Shown: positions 6,006 to 10,175 of the stretch, one piece after another
Layout: every line of letters begins with the position of its first letter
How positions within the stretch are numbered: position 1 is the stretch's first letter
Notes under the pieces: generated by a model
What the model was told of the DNA's origin: nothing
Seen by the model: only the letters and a program-made list of their open reading frames with translations
Database searches by the model: none
NCBI GenBank assembly: GCA_039196805.1
Contig: JBCCUO010000049.1
Span: 1-10,175 of the forward strand
Direction of reading: 5' to 3'
DNA: 10,175 nt
Source: Planctomycetota bacterium
GTDB taxonomy: Bacteria > Planctomycetota > Planctomycetia > Pirellulales > Pirellulaceae
Translations under genes and position numbers: made by a program

Positions 6006-8176
6006 TGATATCGCTGTCTTCCTTTGCTCAGCCAATCCTGGGCGTGATCACCGGCAACATCATGCTGGACATTTTGATCTTCGGCCTCGGATCGATCCTA
6101 CTGGCCGTGTTCGCGGTCGTTACCGCGTACAAGAAGCTGTACGTCAAGGTCGGTCCCGACATGGCTTTGGTTCGGTCGGGTAGCGGCGGCCTTCGCGTCT
6201 GCAGCGGAGACGGCATGTGGGTCATCCCGATGATTCACCAGTACGAATTCATGGACCTGACGCTAAAGAGTTTTGAGATCCATCGTCAGGGCGCTGAAGG
6301 CTTGATTTGCAAAGACAACATCCGCGCCGACATCAAGGTCGCATTCTTCATTCGCGTTGACAAAACCGACGAAGAGATGAAAGAAGTCGCCCAGTCGATC
6401 GGCGCCAAGCGTTGTGCCCAGATCGATACGCTTCGAGAGTTGTTCGACGCCAAGTTCAGCGAGGCTCTCAAGACAGTCGGAAAGCAGTTCGATTTCGTTG
6501 ACCTCTACGATCAGCGTGACAAATTCAAAGATGAAATTTTGAAGGTGATCGGGACCGATCTGAACGGATATCGATTGGACGACGCGGCCATCGATTACTT
6601 GGAGCAAACGCCCCTGGACATGCTCAGCCCGTCCAACATCCTGGACGCCGAAGGAATCAAGAAGATTACCGAGCTGACCGCCGTGGAGAAGGTCAAAGAG
6701 AACCAGTTCACACGCGACAAGGAAAAGACGCTGAAGAAACAGGACGTTGAAGCGGAGGAAACGATTCTGGAATTGGAACGTCAACGTGTGGAGGCAGTCG
6801 AAAAGCAGCAACGCGAAATCTCCGAGATTTCGGCCCGCGAACAAGCCGCCGCGGCCAAAGTGCAAGAGGAGCAACGACTGGAAGCGGAGCGTGCCCGCAT
6901 CGCGACCGAGGAAGAGATCGGCATCGCAACTGAGAATAAGGAGCGTCAAGTCTTGGTCGCGCAGCGAAACAAGGAGAAGACCGACGCGGTCGAACTGGAA
7001 CGCGTCACGCGAGATCGCGACTTGGAAGCGACCGAGCGGATGCGGGTTGTCGGAGTGGCCGACGTTGAAAAAGAGAAGGCGATCGAAGTCGAGAAGCGAA
7101 ACATCCAAGAAGTGATTCGCGAGCGGGTCGCGGTCGAACGCGCGGTCGTTGAAGAGCAGGAACGCATCAAGGACACCGAAGAAGTCGCCGCCGCCGAGCG
7201 GATGAAGACAGTCCAAGTGACGGCCGCCGAAATGAAGGCCCAGGAAGAACTGATCATTCAAACGAAGGCCGCGCTTGCCGAAAAGGACGCCAGCGAATTG
7301 CTGGCTGAGAAAGTCCGCATCGAGGCGGAAGCCAAACGGGACGCTGCCGAAAAGGAAACGGCCGCCGCCAAAATGTTGGCCGAAGCCGAGTCGGCTCAAG
7401 CGGCCGCGTTGGGGCTGGCCGAAGCACGCGTGCAAGAAGCCAAAGCGACCAGCCTGGAAAAGGAAGGGACGGCGGAAGCCAGCGTGCTGCAAAAGAAGGC
7501 CGTTGCCGAAGCCAAGGGCATTGAGGCTCGTGCCGAGGCAATCGAAAAAGAAGGCTTGGCCGAAGCCAATGTCGCACGCGAGAAGTATCACAGCGAAGCG
7601 ACCGGAATCACCGAAAAGGCCGACGCGATGAAACAGCTGGACAGCGTCGGCAAGGAACACGAAGAGTTCAAGCTGCAACTGGACAAAGAGAAAGAGGTCG
7701 AGATCGCGGCCATCGACGCGCAGCGCGGTATCGCCGAGAGCCAGGCCGGCGTCGTCGGCGATGCACTGACCAGTGCCCGGATCGACATCGTCGGTGGCGA
7801 CGGTCAGTTCTTCGACCAGATCACTTCGGCTGTGAAGGGCGGCAAGGCGATCGACCGCTTCGTGTACAACAGCAAGGTGGCGACCGATATCAAAGACACC
7901 TTCTTTGACGGCAACTCGGAATACTTCCGAGACCAAATCGAGTCGCTCATGGGTCAGTTCAACATGGACTCCGATAGCGTCAAAGACCTTTCCATCGCGG
8001 CTCTGATCGCCAAGATGATGGGCATGGCCAACACCGACGACGTCCGTTCGCAACTGACCAGCCTGCTTAGCATGGCCGGCACCGCCAACGTCGCCGACCA
8101 GAAGGCCGCGCGGCTGCTGACCGCGGCCAGCACTGCCCCATCCAACGGCAAGGCCAAGGACTCGTCAATGCATTAG
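6005..8176 (+). CDS. Flotillin-like SPFH/band-7 protein (YqiK/FloT-like) with an extended E/A/K-rich coiled-coil region
   Basis: 723-aa ORF. N-terminal membrane anchor 'ILGVITGNIMLDILIFGLGSILLAVFAVVTAY'. It is followed by 'KKLYVKVGPDMALVRSGSGGLRVCSGDGMWVIPMIHQYEFMDLTLKSFEIHRQGAEGLICKDNIRADIKVAFFIRV', which is closely similar in pattern to the SPFH domain start of E. coli YqiK and B. subtilis FloT. A coiled-coil region of about 350 aa rich in E/A/K/R carries flotillin-type 'AEAEA' repeats. A C-terminal domain is present. The gene is translationally coupled to the upstream NfeD-like gene. Confidence 0.85.
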   Translation: MISLSSFAQPILGVITGNIMLDILIFGLGSILLAVFAVVTAYKKLYVKVGPDMALVRSGSGGLRVCSGDGMWVIPMIHQYEFMDLTLKSFEIHRQGAEGLICKDNIRADIKVAFFIRVDKTDEEMKEVAQSIGAKRCAQIDTLRELFDAKFSEALKTVGKQFDFVDLYDQRDKFKDEILKVIGTDLNGYRLDDAAIDYLEQTPLDMLSPSNILDAEGIKKITELTAVEKVKENQFTRDKEKTLKKQDVEAEETILELERQRVEAVEKQQREISEISAREQAAAAKVQEEQRLEAERARIATEEEIGIATENKERQVLVAQRNKEKTDAVELERVTRDRDLEATERMRVVGVADVEKEKAIEVEKRNIQEVIRERVAVERAVVEEQERIKDTEEVAAAERMKTVQVTAAEMKAQEELIIQTKAALAEKDASELLAEKVRIEAEAKRDAAEKETAAAKMLAEAESAQAAALGLAEARVQEAKATSLEKEGTAEASVLQKKAVAEAKGIEARAEAIEKEGLAEANVAREKYHSEATGITEKADAMKQLDSVGKEHEEFKLQLDKEKEVEIAAIDAQRGIAESQAGVVGDALTSARIDIVGGDGQFFDQITSAVKGGKAIDRFVYNSKVATDIKDTFFDGNSEYFRDQIESLMGQFNMDSDSVKDLSIAALIAKMMGMANTDDVRSQLTSLLSMAGTANVADQKAARLLTAASTAPSNGKAKDSSMH

Positions 8177-8278
8177 CCGCAACGCGATAGCGTCCGGTTC
8201 CCCCAACACGGGTGCCGCCGCACTTCGGCTGGTGTTCAACTCGTTAGATAATTTGTGGACGAGTCCTCAGGGGAATGC

Positions 8279-10175
8279 ATGTCCGACACGCAACTCGCCG
8301 CCGGCACCTACGAGATCCTTCGCAATCGGCTGCGTGAGGCGGCGGACGATCTGCGCAGTCGCCTGGAGACCCTCAACGCCGAGCGTGCCGAAGTCTTCGG
8401 CAACATTGAAACGCACCTGATCAGCACCGAGCGTGTGACCACAGACCACAACTGTGTGCCCCGCGATTTGGTCTCGGTCGGCGATCGATTCCTGTTTGGT
8501 TACAACGTCCAATTCGGATTGAAGACCGACGTCGATCTGGCAGACGTCTTCTCGGTCTACCGCTTCTCCGATCATCAATTCCACTCGGAATCACTGGAAC
8601 TGATTGGCAACGATCGTTTTCGCAGTGATTTCGGCGAGCTCTATCGGTTCTATAAAGAAACGACCTTCGCCCGGTTCTTTCGTGCCGGGCCGATGCTCCA
8701 CATGGTCTTTCGTGTCGGCAAGACGCCCCGTGACATCAAGTCCTTCAAGTGGCGGGTCACACCCGATTCGATCGAGTATTTGGACAACCGTAGTGAGCAC
8801 GAGGTCCGCGACCCCGATCAGCACGCGTTTCGCTGGGTTCGCACAACGCGTGATCACCACCACTACGGCGCGCACCCGCACATCTCCATCGAAGATCGCG
8901 TTTTCGTGGAAACGGTCGGCGGTGATCTGACGGTCAAGATTGAAAACAACACCGACAGCGGGGAGGGAATCTATAGCGAGCCGGTCGACCACGCCGACCA
9001 AACGCTGGACGACGCCGAGATCCACTATGCCGTTGTCGGCAACTTGATTCTGCTGAAGATTCGCCCCTACCAGGAGGACGTGACTCGCTACCTGGTCTTC
9101 AATGGCAAGCTAAACCGCGCGATGCGTTTGGACGAGATCCAGCACGCTTGCGTGATGCTACCAGGTGACCAGGGGTTGATCTTTCCGGGTGGCTACTACT
9201 TGCAAACGGGCGAGTTCAAGCGGTTCGACCACGGGCTGTCGGACATGCGGTATCAACGCACCGTCGCGGCTCCCAATGGCGAAGACTACCTCTATCTGTT
9301 CTATAACCGTGAGACGGGCACTTACGTGCAGCTCCGGTACAATTTGATTCGACAGAGCGTGGACACGCCCCTGGTCTGCAACGGACAGACCTTCTTTCAC
9401 GAGGGTGAAATGGTCTGCTTCCGCAGTCAAGACGACGCCCAGAAGCACCACGCGATCCAGATCTGGCAAACCCCCTTCACCGACGCGGACTTCGTTCCGG
9501 CCAATCAGACTGACTCGTTGCTTTTCAAGATCGGCAACAAGGAAATCGTTCGCGGGATGGCCGAGTGCAGCGAGTTGATTCAGCTGATCGACAAGGATGA
9601 CAGCTACGACGGGCTCTACGTGGACCTGGTCAAGAAGTCGTCCGACATTCTGGACAGCTACTTCTGGATCACCAAAGATGAGACCAAGCGGCTCGATCAA
9701 CCGCTACAGAAGGTTCGTGACGCAGCGACGTCTGCCGTGGAGGAGTTCGACAAGGTCGTTCGAGTCCGCCGTGAAACGCAGCAACGCACACAGCGAGTTC
9801 AGCGAGACATCGAATCGCTGATCAAGGAGATCGAACGAGGACGTTTCGAATCGATTGACGACTTCGTCACGCACCTGGCAAGTCTACGCGAACAGCGTGG
9901 TCATGCGCTGGGCCTTCGGGAGTTGCGTTACGTCGATGAATCGATCATCGAGCAACTGGACGCGGAAACTGCCGAGCGGAGTGAACGTTTGAGTCGGCGG
10001 TGCGTCGACTTTCTGCTCAGTCCCGGCGCTTTGACACCGTACGTTGATCGTGTCGAAACATCATTCGCGCAGATTGAATCGGTCAAGACCGTCGCCGAGG
10101 CCAAGAAGCTGGGCGAAGAGATTGATCAGTCGTCCGGTCAATTGGAGTTGCTGTCCGAAACGGTCAGCAACTTGC
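8279..10175 (+). CDS. Large hypothetical protein, 5' portion only (at least 632 aa, continues past the window end): beta-rich N-terminal domain with a His-rich patch, then a coiled coil
   Basis: I translated codon by codon from the ATG at 8279 (frame 2) to 10175 and found no stop. The track omits it because it only lists complete ORFs. Codon usage matches neighbouring genes (GC3-rich, with ctg/gac/gag/cgc common). Sequence: MSDTQLAAGTYEILRNRLREAADDLRSRLETLNAERAEVFGNIETHLISTERVTTDHNCVPRDL...RDHHHYGAHPHISIEDRVFVETVGGDLTVKIENNTDSGEGIYSEPVDH...QIWQTPFTDADFVPANQTDSLLFKIGNKEIVRGMAECSELIQLIDKDDSYDGLYVDLVKKSSDILDSYFW..., then a helical heptad-like region to the window end. No Walker A (GxxxxGK[ST]) occurs in the visible part. 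Minus-strand track ORFs 8267-8584, 8591-9025 and 9158-9700 are antisense shadows of this gene. Confidence 0.7.
   Translation, partial: MSDTQLAAGTYEILRNRLREAADDLRSRLETLNAERAEVFGNIETHLISTERVTTDHNCVPRDLVSVGDRFLFGYNVQFGLKTDVDLADVFSVYRFSDHQFHSESLELIGNDRFRSDFGELYRFYKETTFARFFRAGPMLHMVFRVGKTPRDIKSFKWRVTPDSIEYLDNRSEHEVRDPDQHAFRWVRTTRDHHHYGAHPHISIEDRVFVETVGGDLTVKIENNTDSGEGIYSEPVDHADQTLDDAEIHYAVVGNLILLKIRPYQEDVTRYLVFNGKLNRAMRLDEIQHACVMLPGDQGLIFPGGYYLQTGEFKRFDHGLSDMRYQRTVAAPNGEDYLYLFYNRETGTYVQLRYNLIRQSVDTPLVCNGQTFFHEGEMVCFRSQDDAQKHHAIQIWQTPFTDADFVPANQTDSLLFKIGNKEIVRGMAECSELIQLIDKDDSYDGLYVDLVKKSSDILDSYFWITKDETKRLDQPLQKVRDAATSAVEEFDKVVRVRRETQQRTQRVQRDIESLIKEIERGRFESIDDFVTHLASLREQRGHALGLRELRYVDESIIEQLDAETAERSERLSRRCVDFLLSPGALTPYVDRVETSFAQIESVKTVAEAKKLGEEIDQSSGQLELLSETVSNL

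Noticed and set aside
5258-6225. Minus-strand ORFs 5258-5611, 5718-6035 and 6028-6225, and plus-strand ORF 5905-6183
   Set aside because: They overlap the NfeD-like gene and the start of the flotillin gene in other frames. No supporting features.
6263-8053. 596-aa minus-strand ORF antisense to the flotillin gene
   Set aside because: Its composition is extremely biased (L/F/G/R/D-rich, low complexity), reflecting the reverse complement of E/A/K codons. The plus-strand frame has clear SPFH/flotillin homology, so the minus ORF is a GC-rich antisense shadow.
8244-8258. Candidate sigma-70 -10 element GATAAT upstream of the large ORF
   Set aside because: No convincing -35 lies at 16-19 bp spacing. 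Planctomycete promoter consensus is poorly defined. I therefore mentioned it only as context in a finding and did not list it as a feature.
8267-9700. Minus-strand ORFs 8267-8584, 8591-9025 and 9158-9700, and plus-strand ORFs 8232-8420, 8604-8930 and 9597-9821
   Set aside because: A single uninterrupted plus-strand frame (from 8279) spans the whole region with host-like codon usage. These are fragments in other frames.
1-10175. Search for tRNA/rRNA genes, CRISPR arrays, IS elements or integrase genes
   Set aside because: I found no cloverleaf-compatible segments. The only GGTTCGA-like match lies inside the NfeD coding region without flanking tRNA arms. There are no regularly spaced direct repeats and no transposase-like ORFs. 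Repeats inside the flotillin gene are coding E/A heptad repeats.

Overview
The window is high-GC (about 60%) bacterial chromosomal DNA. The weak or absent Shine-Dalgarno sequences, S/T/D-rich linkers and gene content suggest a Planctomycetota-like genome, though the phylum call is tentative. I can support seven protein-coding genes and no RNA genes, CRISPR arrays or mobile elements. (1) A class I SAM-dependent methyltransferase on the minus strand (277-1137). (2) A divergently transcribed, membrane-anchored anti-sigma-factor-like protein with a degenerate, zinc-less zf-HC2-type N-terminal domain (1379-2662, +). (3,4) A convergent minus-strand two-gene operon: a secreted hypothetical protein (3992-5107) followed by a family-2-like O-methyltransferase (2933-3976). 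(5,6) A translationally coupled NfeD-like/flotillin-like (SPFH) pair on the plus strand (5322-6005 and 6005-8176, with a TGATG stop/start overlap), resembling E. coli yqiJ-yqiK or B. subtilis yuaF-floT. (7) A long plus-strand ORF that the six-frame track omits because it has no stop inside the window (8279 to beyond 10175, at least 632 codons). It lies about 100 bp downstream of the flotillin gene and encodes a beta-rich N-terminal domain with a His-rich patch followed by a long coiled coil. I could not assign its family. Because it is tightly linked to the NfeD-flotillin operon, it is the best candidate for an undescribed flotillin-associated component. Non-coding observations: GC-rich hairpin plus T-tract structures sit in the leaders of the anti-sigma-like gene (12 nt before its ATG) and of the nfeD-flotillin operon. 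A roughly 140-bp imperfect inverted repeat with GTAC-rich arms lies in the convergent intergenic region 2663-2932. The many long antisense ORFs in the track (for example 6263-8053, 1316-2233 and 2993-3640) are Arg/Gly-rich shadows of real genes, typical of high-GC DNA.
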